A program made the translations under genes and the position numbers. From the IMG/VR virus record IMGVR_UViG_3300032223_003493, positions 1 through 64,000 of that record: a stretch of DNA of 64,000 nucleotides. The stretch is one strand, 5' to 3'. This stretch comes from a virus. Shown here in pieces: positions 18,557 to 26,950 of this stretch (positions are counted from its first letter, which is position 1; each line of letters begins with the position of its first letter). Below the pieces are notes generated by a model. That model had not been told where the DNA came from, searched no databases, and saw only the letters and a list, made by a program, of their open reading frames with translations.

Positions 18557-20062
18557 ATGTTTAACTTTGAAAATCTTGTTATATTTGAAATGGCTAATAA
18601 TCATATGGGAGATATGAATCATGCCAAAAACATTATTCGTGAATTCTCATATTTTATTACGAAATATCCTCAATTCAAATTTGCAATGAAATTTCAAATG
18701 AGAGATTTAGACACACTCATACATGAAAGCCATAGACAAAACTCAACTAACAAAGCAGTTTTAAGATTTCAATCTACAAGATTATCTTATGATCAATTTT
18801 ACGAATTGAAAAATTTTGCATCTGAACAAGGATTTTACACAGCTTGTACTGCGTTTGACGAAATATCATTGCAAAAATTGATTGAAATCGATTTTGATAT
18901 CGTCAAAATAGCAAGTTGTTCAAATTCTGATTTTCCATTACTCAATGAAGTAGTAAAGCAAGATAAGCCAATTATTATAAGTTTTGGAGGATCTCAAATT
19001 GAACAAATTGATTTGACAGTAAATTTTTTCAAAAATAGAAAGAAAAATTTTGCTATACTTCATTGTGTTGGTGAATATCCTACACCTAGCAATCATTTGA
19101 ATCTAAATAAAATTGATAAGTACAAATCAAGATATGGTTTACCTGTCGGATATTCCACCCATGAAGAAACTTCTAATATACAAGCTGTTGGTCTTGCAAT
19201 TGCTAAAGGTGCTTGTATTTTAGAAAAGCATATTGGATTAGAAACGAATGAATATAAGCTAAATAATTATTCTACTAATTTAGAAGAAACTGACGCTTGG
19301 CTATTGTCTGCGCAAAAGGCATTAGAATCTTGTGGTGATATGTTTGCAGAGCCATCTGAACGTGAAATACAAGATATTTCTCAATTTGCTAGAGGTGTTT
19401 TTCTTAAAAGAAACATCCTTGCTGGTGAAAATATAACAAAGGATGATTTGTACTTTGGTATTCCACTTGACACTCAAAATGGACAAATTCCAGTGTCAGA
19501 TTTGTCGAAATATACATTGATGAAAGCATCTACAAATTTGTCTAAAGATGACAGTTTGTTGTATGAAGATGTTGAAATTTGCAATCTTAGAAACACGATA
19601 TTCAGCATTACAAAAGACGTGAATAAATTTGTTAAAGATGCTAACTTAATTATTCCTGAAGATTGCGTTTTAGAAATTTCAGCACATTATGGAATTTCAG
19701 ATTTTTACAAACATGGCTGTGCTATTTTTTCTTTGATAAACAGAGAATACTGCAAAAAATATATTATTTTACTTCCAGGTCAGATTCATCCAACTCAATA
19801 TCATAAAATAAAAGAAGAAACTTTTATTTTGATTTCTGGAGAATTGAAATTAAAAATCAATGAAGAAGTAAACCTTTTAAAGCCGGGAAGCGTTCATGTT
19901 ATTCAACGAGGCGCCAAACATGAAATGGTATCAGAAACTGGCTGTATTATTGAAGAATTATCTACTACTCATATTCCTAATGATTCATATTATTTAGATG
20001 ATAGCATAAATAAAAATGAAAATAGAAAGTTTGTTGTAAATTACTGGAGATTATATGATTAA
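18557..20062 (+). CDS. neuB: N-acetylneuraminate synthase (NeuB) family with SAF and C-terminal cupin domain
   Basis: EMANNHMG, KIAS, HCVGEYP, GYSTHE, EKH, SAF-like region, then YCKK...HPTQYHKIKEETF cupin. Start 18557 or 18542. Confidence 0.88.
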   Translation: MFNFENLVIFEMANNHMGDMNHAKNIIREFSYFITKYPQFKFAMKFQMRDLDTLIHESHRQNSTNKAVLRFQSTRLSYDQFYELKNFASEQGFYTACTAFDEISLQKLIEIDFDIVKIASCSNSDFPLLNEVVKQDKPIIISFGGSQIEQIDLTVNFFKNRKKNFAILHCVGEYPTPSNHLNLNKIDKYKSRYGLPVGYSTHEETSNIQAVGLAIAKGACILEKHIGLETNEYKLNNYSTNLEETDAWLLSAQKALESCGDMFAEPSEREIQDISQFARGVFLKRNILAGENITKDDLYFGIPLDTQNGQIPVSDLSKYTLMKASTNLSKDDSLLYEDVEICNLRNTIFSITKDVNKFVKDANLIIPEDCVLEISAHYGISDFYKHGCAIFSLINREYCKKYIILLPGQIHPTQYHKIKEETFILISGELKLKINEEVNLLKPGSVHVIQRGAKHEMVSETGCIIEELSTTHIPNDSYYLDDSINKNENRKFVVNYWRLYD

Positions 20063-21833
20063 AGTATCAGATTATATTATTCAAAGACTTGAAAGTGAAG
20101 TAAAACATATTTTCTTAATTCCAGGAGGAGGATGCATTCATTTAGTAGATTCTTTGGGTAAAAGCAATATACAACCTATAGCAAATTTGCACGAACAAGG
20201 GTCTGGTATTTGCGCTGAAGCATATTCTCAATATACTAATAATATTGGAGTTGCATTAGTAACTACTGGTCCAGGTGGTACTAATATAATTACTCCACTG
20301 ACGTCTGCTTGGCTTGATTCAATCCCAATGCTTGTTCTTGCTGGTCAAGTTCAAAAGAAAGATATGGTTAGCTATCATTCTATAAGGCAACTGGGATTTC
20401 AAGAAGTCAATCTAATCAAAATGGTTCAAGGAATTACTAAATATTCAGAGTGTGTCAAAAATCCTGAAGAAATTCCATATCATTTAGAAAAAGCACTTTA
20501 TTTAGCTAAAAATGGAAGACCAGGTCCTGTTGTTTTAGAGATCCCATTGGATGTTCAATCATCAACAATAGATTTAGATAATTGCAAGAAATTTCAAGCA
20601 CCTCAGCAAGAAGAAAATAAAATTGATATTGATTCCGTTATCCAAGCAATAAACAATAGTAAACGACCAATAATTCTCGCTGGAAATGGTGTTAGGCTTG
20701 CTGGTGCTGAAAATTTATTCACAGATTTTATAAATCAAGTAAAAATTCCCACACTTCTAACTTGGAAATCATTAGATTTTTTACCTGAAGATCATGAACT
20801 TTATGTTGGTAGACCTGGAGGAGTAGCATCCAGAGGTGCAAATTTCAACCAGCAAAATTCAGATCTAATTATTTGTTTGGGTGCAAGATTAGATCATGGA
20901 CAGTTAGCTTACCAAGCAAAATATTTTGCTAGAAAAGCAAAAAAAATTATAGTTGATATTGATATTTTTGAAATTAGAAAATTAGGAATTGAAGTTGACT
21001 TTGCAATAAATATAGATTGTAAAAAATTCCTAAATTTACTCTTAAGCAATATTGAAAAAATAAATATAAAAACTAATGATTGGCTAGATCACTGCAAAAA
21101 AGCATATGAAAAATATCCAATATGCTTACCAGAATACTACGAACAAAAAAACTTTATTAATAATTATGTTTTTATTGAAGAGTTATCAAAAAATCTTCCT
21201 GAAAATTCTTTGATTGTTCCTGGAAGTTCTGGTGCTTGTAGCGAAGTCACAATGCAAGCTATAAAAGTGAAATCTAATACAAGAATCTTCAATAGTGAAG
21301 GTTTGGGATCTATGGGTTTTGGCATACCTGCAGCAATTGGAGCTTGTATAGCTTCAGGTAAGAAGCCAACAATTTGCATAGATGGTGATGGCGGATTTGT
21401 CATGAATATGCAAGAGCTAGAATTAGTTAACAGATATAACTTACCAATAAAGTTTTTTATCTTAAACAATAATGGATATGGCTCAATAAAGACTACTCAA
21501 AACAATCACTTCGGTGGGAAACTTGTTGCAAGTGATCCATCTAGTGGATTGACTTTGCCAGATATAAGCAAGATTTCTTTTAGTTTTGGTATTGAACATA
21601 TTAAAATTTTTGATAACAATATGCTAATTTCTTTATTGCCAAAAATAATTAAAAAAGAATCAGCTTTAATTATTGAACTAATGATTGACCCAAATCATAA
21701 AACATTTCCAAAAGCAGCGGTATTCAAGACCGAAGATGGATTATTTTCAACAAGACCAATGGAAGATTTGCAACCTTTACTTAGCAGAGATGAATTAAGA
21801 TCAAACATGTTGATTGATACAATAGATTGCTGA
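20055..21833 (+). CDS. ThDP-dependent acetolactate-synthase-like enzyme (YerE-type)
   Basis: GGGCIHLVDS, HEQ, TTGPGGTN, GRPGPV, GSMGFG, GDGG...NN, in a sugar cluster with RfbH. Confidence 0.88.
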   Translation: MIKVSDYIIQRLESEVKHIFLIPGGGCIHLVDSLGKSNIQPIANLHEQGSGICAEAYSQYTNNIGVALVTTGPGGTNIITPLTSAWLDSIPMLVLAGQVQKKDMVSYHSIRQLGFQEVNLIKMVQGITKYSECVKNPEEIPYHLEKALYLAKNGRPGPVVLEIPLDVQSSTIDLDNCKKFQAPQQEENKIDIDSVIQAINNSKRPIILAGNGVRLAGAENLFTDFINQVKIPTLLTWKSLDFLPEDHELYVGRPGGVASRGANFNQQNSDLIICLGARLDHGQLAYQAKYFARKAKKIIVDIDIFEIRKLGIEVDFAINIDCKKFLNLLLSNIEKINIKTNDWLDHCKKAYEKYPICLPEYYEQKNFINNYVFIEELSKNLPENSLIVPGSSGACSEVTMQAIKVKSNTRIFNSEGLGSMGFGIPAAIGACIASGKKPTICIDGDGGFVMNMQELELVNRYNLPIKFFILNNNGYGSIKTTQNNHFGGKLVASDPSSGLTLPDISKISFSFGIEHIKIFDNNMLISLLPKIIKKESALIIELMIDPNHKTFPKAAVFKTEDGLFSTRPMEDLQPLLSRDELRSNMLIDTIDC

Positions 21834-21871
21834 TAAAAAAACCCATCGGTATAATAAAAAGAGGTAAATGA

Positions 21872-22387
21872 ATGAGTTTAATTAAGTTTCATGTTGAAGA
21901 TGAAAACCCATTTAACCATTGGGACCATTTGATAGTTAAGGATCAAGTTGTATTAGATCTTGGATGCGGTAAGCATTATATTCAAGATGGCTGGATGACT
22001 ACTCCAGAATTTTTTTTACATAAAGGTGCAAAAAAAGTAGTAGGTGTAGATCCACATATTGATGATATTGAGTATTACAAACAAGTTCATCCAGATTCTT
22101 TATTTTTCAAAGATTGTGTATTGAGTGCTGATCATCTTGATAGTTATATGAATAACTATGATGTTACTGCTGTCAAAATGGATATTGAAGGGCATGAAAG
22201 ACATCTAATTGAATCAGCTAGCACTTATCCAAATATCAAACACATTGCAGTAGAAACTCACAATCGTGAATTGTTCCATAATGTAATGATGCGTCTAGCA
22301 GATTTAGGTTTTGAAATCACTCATGTAGCTACATTTTATCCAAGAGTATACAATGAGTGTAATTTAATTGTAGCAAATAGGCCATAA
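21872..22387 (+). CDS. SAM-dependent methyltransferase (FkbM-like)
   Basis: LDLGCG, KMDIEGHE, VETH. GAGG SD and upstream TATAAT. Confidence 0.75.
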   Translation: MSLIKFHVEDENPFNHWDHLIVKDQVVLDLGCGKHYIQDGWMTTPEFFLHKGAKKVVGVDPHIDDIEYYKQVHPDSLFFKDCVLSADHLDSYMNNYDVTAVKMDIEGHERHLIESASTYPNIKHIAVETHNRELFHNVMMRLADLGFEITHVATFYPRVYNECNLIVANRP

Positions 22388-23280
22388 TGAGAATTTTAGT
22401 TACTGGAGCCAATGGTTTTATAGGGACTAACTTTATAAAAAAATTCAGTAACAAGTCTGATATTCTTGCAGTTTCAACTAGAAATACCAATATTGCTTCT
22501 TTCTCAGATGTAGAATTTTTAGAATTAGAACTTAAAAATTATGATAATTTACCGTCAATAGTAAATAAGTTTAAACCTGAAATAGTTCTACATTTAGCCT
22601 GGGAAGGAAGCAATACTTATTACCACACTAATTCAATAAATCAGTTTGAAAATATTACTAACTCTTTTAAACTCTTAGAAGCTATATCAGAATTAGAAAA
22701 TGTGCATTTCATTGGTATGGGAACAGGTGGAGAATATGGATATTATTCAGATTATGTTTCTGAAAGCTTTGAAGAAAATCCAGTTAGTCATTATGGGTTA
22801 GCTAAATTACTCTTTAAGCAAGGTTCAGAGATTTTCTGCTCCAAGAAAAACATAACATGGACATGGTTAAGACCTTTTATGTGTTATGGGCCTTATGATG
22901 TTAAAACAAGATTGATTCCCAAAGTTATCAACAGTTGTTTACTAAATGAATCTCTTAGATTAGATTCTTGCGAATCAAAAGTAGATTATTTGTACATTGA
23001 TGATGCTATAGATGCAATAGAAAAAATTATATATCTACGAAAAAGTGGCGTGTTCAATATTTGTTCAAACAAAGAGTACCAAGTTAGATCAATTATTGAA
23101 GTTATAACAAATCATTTTCAAGTAAATAATGTAATTTTTGATAGTTCTCTAAATAGAAAAAATTTTTGTGAGTCAGTTATTGGCGACAATTCAAAACTTA
23201 TAAATGAATTAGAATGGACGCACAAAACACAAATTTTTGAAGGTTTGTTAAAGACAATTGATTTTTTTAAAGGTAAGTAA
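22387..23280 (+). CDS. NAD-dependent NDP-sugar reductase/epimerase (SDR)
   Basis: GANGFIG, HLAW, YGLAK, YGP. Confidence 0.88.
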   Translation: MRILVTGANGFIGTNFIKKFSNKSDILAVSTRNTNIASFSDVEFLELELKNYDNLPSIVNKFKPEIVLHLAWEGSNTYYHTNSINQFENITNSFKLLEAISELENVHFIGMGTGGEYGYYSDYVSESFEENPVSHYGLAKLLFKQGSEIFCSKKNITWTWLRPFMCYGPYDVKTRLIPKVINSCLLNESLRLDSCESKVDYLYIDDAIDAIEKIIYLRKSGVFNICSNKEYQVRSIIEVITNHFQVNNVIFDSSLNRKNFCESVIGDNSKLINELEWTHKTQIFEGLLKTIDFFKGK

Positions 23281-23283
23281 ATT

Positions 23284-23937
23284 ATGAATAATTTTTCAAG
23301 CAAATTGGTATTTTTAGATGACAAATGGCATTGGAGAAATGATGATACAGATCTCAAGTGCTACAAAGGCTGGCAAGAAGAGAATCAGCTTTTAGAAATT
23401 TTAGAAAGACATTTAGATAAAAAAGATGTTATGGTTCAAGCTGGTGGAAATTGTGGAATGCAAGTTGTTAAGTTTGCTGACAAATTTAAAATGGTGTACA
23501 CATTTGAACCAGATCCAGTAAATTTTCAATGTTTAGTAGCAAATTTACCATACACTAACGTAGTAAAATTGCAAGCTTGTGTAGGCGATTCACATCAATT
23601 GTTAGACGTAGACTTCTTTGTTGATGATATCGGATCAATTCATGTGAAAAACAATAAAGGCAAAATCCCAACTCTTAAGATTGATGATTTAGCTTTAGAA
23701 TCATGTGATTTGATTCAGTTAGATGTTGAAGGCTTTGAATATTTTGCTTTGAATGGTGCTATTGAAACTATAAAGAAATTTCATCCACTTCTTTGCTTGG
23801 AGTTTACTTGGTTGCAAAGATATGGTGTAAATATGGACAAGATGATGCGTCTTTTAGCAAGTTTAGGTTATGAGCAAGTTGATTCATACACCAATGATTA
23901 TATTTTTAAATACAAGAAGTTGAGTTTTAGCATCTAA
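23284..23937 (+). CDS. FkbM-family methyltransferase
   Basis: QAGGNCG, FEPDP, QLDVEGFE. Confidence 0.88.
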   Translation: MNNFSSKLVFLDDKWHWRNDDTDLKCYKGWQEENQLLEILERHLDKKDVMVQAGGNCGMQVVKFADKFKMVYTFEPDPVNFQCLVANLPYTNVVKLQACVGDSHQLLDVDFFVDDIGSIHVKNNKGKIPTLKIDDLALESCDLIQLDVEGFEYFALNGAIETIKKFHPLLCLEFTWLQRYGVNMDKMMRLLASLGYEQVDSYTNDYIFKYKKLSFSI

Positions 23938-24749
23938 TGAAAAATGTACTTTTAAACTTCATTCAAGGAAAAAATATTGCTGATTCCTTAGATATGGAAA
24001 TTTATTTATCATCATTGAGTAAGTTCAAGACATTTGATAAAATTTTGTTTGCTAATTATATTACTGATGCTCAAACTGCAATGTTGAGCAAGTACTATGA
24101 TCAAATTATCAATGTTCCAGATAGAGAGTATCCAGTTGTAGGGTACAAAGTTTATCATGACTGGCTATGTGAATATGGTATGCATTATGAATATGCTATG
24201 CATTGTGATATGCGAGATGTAATTATTCAAAAAGATCCATTTGAATTTATGAGAAACATGCCCGAAAAAGATTTATTTTTGTGCGCTGAGGGAATGAAGA
24301 TATCTGAAAGCGAATGCAACAGAATTTGGCATGATTGGTTCTTGACAACTGTATCATTTAACAAACATAAGTATGATGATTCAGAAGTTTTGAATGGTGG
24401 AACTTATGGTGGAAAACTTTCTTCAGTTTTGCTTTTTACCCAAATGGTATTAATTGGAATGAATAGATTGACAATGAGACCTGCTGTAATGCCAGATCAA
24501 GCAGTTTTAGGATTTTTAGAAAGACAACTGAAAATTAATCCTAGAGTAAATATTTGTCATCCTTACAGAGACACATTTGCTTGCACTGGAGAAGCAATTA
24601 AATACGATGATATAGAAGTTTTTTATGATGGCAAACTAGTCACAAATAAAGATGGGGAACCTTATTGTATTTTTCATCAATGGGATAGAACAGAAATTTG
24701 CAATACAGTGAGAGAAAAAGCAGCTAATACTTTACATTTCTCTCTCTAA
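23937..24749 (+). CDS. Putative GT-A glycosyltransferase (PLOD GT-domain-like)
   Basis: CDMRDVIIQKDPF, LNGGTYGG, DQA, HQWDR. Confidence 0.6.
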   Translation: MKNVLLNFIQGKNIADSLDMEIYLSSLSKFKTFDKILFANYITDAQTAMLSKYYDQIINVPDREYPVVGYKVYHDWLCEYGMHYEYAMHCDMRDVIIQKDPFEFMRNMPEKDLFLCAEGMKISESECNRIWHDWFLTTVSFNKHKYDDSEVLNGGTYGGKLSSVLLFTQMVLIGMNRLTMRPAVMPDQAVLGFLERQLKINPRVNICHPYRDTFACTGEAIKYDDIEVFYDGKLVTNKDGEPYCIFHQWDRTEICNTVREKAANTLHFSL

Positions 24750-25316
24750 ATCAATATCTAAATCTGCAGCTGTTTCTGGTTTTGCTTCATTTTTAGTTGC
24801 CAATATAAGTTGAATAGTTTCGAATTCTTTCATGCTTAAGTTTGAAAATTCATCTTTACTCATTGAAACTAATCCTCGTGTCATATAATCTATTTCAACA
24901 ATTAGTGGTGGCACGGGGTATGTTTCAGTATCATTTGGATTGTAATATTTTTTTGTAGCAACATAATAAAAGTTTGCTTCGTCGGCATTCAAATAAAGAT
25001 AATTTTGATATTCAACCCAAAGTTTTTCAATTGTACTGTGATCTATTAAGTGGATCAATGATTCTTCAAATTGCGGATAATAATCAGTATTTGTGCTTGT
25101 GTCGTAAGCTCTAAGTATTGCTAAACTAAGTATTTCACGCTTTTCAAATTCTGAGTTTTGGTAAATAATATTATCTTTTTTTCTAAATGATTTTGCATCA
25201 ATCAACAATCCTTCTTTCCAAGTAATTTCACGAATAATAAATTTCACAGAATCAATATTGATTATATGAATTTTATTAGATTTATTTTTTTCATAAAATT
25301 CAATAAATTCTTTCAT
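24732..25316 (-). CDS. Hypothetical, possible tail assembly chaperone
   Basis: Follows a tube-like gene; IIREITWKE N-terminal motif. Confidence 0.35.
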   Translation of the reverse strand: MKEFIEFYEKNKSNKIHIINIDSVKFIIREITWKEGLLIDAKSFRKKDNIIYQNSEFEKREILSLAILRAYDTSTNTDYYPQFEESLIHLIDHSTIEKLWVEYQNYLYLNADEANFYYVATKKYYNPNDTETYPVPPLIVEIDYMTRGLVSMSKDEFSNLSMKEFETIQLILATKNEAKPETAADLDIDLEREM

Positions 25317-26563
25317 AATATAAACTCAGAAACTCTACTGTTCAATAAACCATTGAAAGCTGTAAATTCTGTCATTCTTACAGTAAAGTTATACTCAATG
25401 AAATATCCATTTCCAGGACTTATAGTGATGACTGGTTGTTGCCAATCTACATTTTTCATGGTGTAGAAAAATACACTTCCGAAATACAATGTTAATGATG
25501 AAGCATTTGTATCAATAAAACTATAATTTTGAGGGCTGAAAAGTTTTATTGAACCAGTTACTCTTCTACTACTTAATGAAGCAAATCTGGGACCTGCTAC
25601 ATCATAAAATTCTTTCAAGATATTTCCTACAGAATATCCAGGATATGTATATACAAAATCTACAGATTGTTGTATTGATAATGACATGCCAACAATTTTA
25701 TGGATAGGCATACTATATGAACTATAAGCTTTTTGAACAGTATTAGCAAAATTTTGAAATGCATTAGTTCCAGTATAAAATCCTGGAGAAAAAGCACAAT
25801 CTGAGAGATTTATTGATCTATATTTATCTTGAAAGTTATTAGATTCATCAGTAATAAACTGATTATCACCTATATTCAAAGATTTCATTTTTATGTAACT
25901 GTTATTTGTGATAGGTCTAAAAACAGTTACGCCATCAGGTGAAATTACCGATCTGCCACCAACTACTGAGCATGTAATGTCAACGTCACCAAGTTGATCC
26001 ATACCATCTACTCTTATATTGAATGAACTTAAGAAAGATGGACCAAAAGATTTATGAGTTGGTATACTTGAACAGAACAATAGAGGATAAAGAGGTATTA
26101 CTGAAGCTCTATATATTGCCGTTTCTGCTGGGTATTGCTGATTAAAATTTGTTGACAAAATTGGATTGAAAGAAAAATTACCTGAATATTGATATGAATT
26201 AAATACAGGGTGATTCAATACTGACAATCCAGAGAAATTTTGCACTGGTTGATAAATATTTTCACCAGCGTTATCTGTAAAGCTTGAACAATATAATGGC
26301 TTGTAATCAGTTGAAAATCTTTTATAAAAAAAATTTCCAGATATATGTGTAGCTCGATTGGTCATATTTGCACTAAGCAGATATAAATCCCATAAATGTG
26401 ACCTTGAGCCTGAAGTGTTTTTGACGATTCTATGTCCGCCAAAAGACTTAAGTTGCTGATTATATAAACCTGTTTCATCAAACGGAGCCAGCTCACAAAC
26501 ATATATATTATGTCCTGAAGCTGGGTATATTCCATTTATGACATTGTTTATAATATCTGGCAT
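25313..26563 (-). CDS. Putative tail tube-like protein
   Basis: Beta-rich. C-terminal MSLSIQQ...RRVTGSIKL pattern shared with 26950-28422. Confidence 0.45.
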   Translation of the reverse strand: MPDIINNVINGIYPASGHNIYVCELAPFDETGLYNQQLKSFGGHRIVKNTSGSRSHLWDLYLLSANMTNRATHISGNFFYKRFSTDYKPLYCSSFTDNAGENIYQPVQNFSGLSVLNHPVFNSYQYSGNFSFNPILSTNFNQQYPAETAIYRASVIPLYPLLFCSSIPTHKSFGPSFLSSFNIRVDGMDQLGDVDITCSVVGGRSVISPDGVTVFRPITNNSYIKMKSLNIGDNQFITDESNNFQDKYRSINLSDCAFSPGFYTGTNAFQNFANTVQKAYSSYSMPIHKIVGMSLSIQQSVDFVYTYPGYSVGNILKEFYDVAGPRFASLSSRRVTGSIKLFSPQNYSFIDTNASSLTLYFGSVFFYTMKNVDWQQPVITISPGNGYFIEYNFTVRMTEFTAFNGLLNSRVSEFIL

Positions 26564-26950
26564 TTATTTTCCGCCTGTCATCTCTAGCCATTTTTTGGAT
26601 AAAGCTTTCACCAATTCGTATCTCATCATGCTAACATTGTGAGGATCTGGATAATAAGTTTCTTCGTTATCACCATCTTTGATCTTAATAACAGAAAAGA
26701 AACTAGTTATAATATTTTTACAAAGCACAGAAGTTCTCAACAATGGATTGCCAGTAACTGAATTGATAATAGTTGCTTCTTCTATAATATTAGACATGTC
26801 AGCAAAATTTCTTCCTTTAACATCACAAGAAATTTCACATTCACCATTAGGATCCATTTTATAACAAAGCACTTCTCCGTCATCATTTTTGATAACATTA
26901 CAAGTTAATTTTAATTCAAATCTTTTTCCGGCGTCTACAAAAATACTCAT
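26564..26950 (-). CDS. Hypothetical, possible tail assembly chaperone
   Basis: 128 aa, coupled to the upstream tube-like gene. Confidence 0.35.
   Translation of the reverse strand: MSIFVDAGKRFELKLTCNVIKNDDGEVLCYKMDPNGECEISCDVKGRNFADMSNIIEEATIINSVTGNPLLRTSVLCKNIITSFFSVIKIKDGDNEETYYPDPHNVSMMRYELVKALSKKWLEMTGGK

Noticed and set aside
1294-24749. Host chromosomal O-antigen locus next to a prophage
   Set aside because: Flanked on both sides by virion genes with tight overlaps; no wzx/wzy/wzz, integrase or housekeeping genes. Not fully excluded without read data.
26560-26610. Programmed frameshift or readthrough in a tail chaperone gene
   Set aside because: The A-run near the end does not form a canonical X XXY YYZ site; TAA directly followed by ATG is ordinary gene packing.
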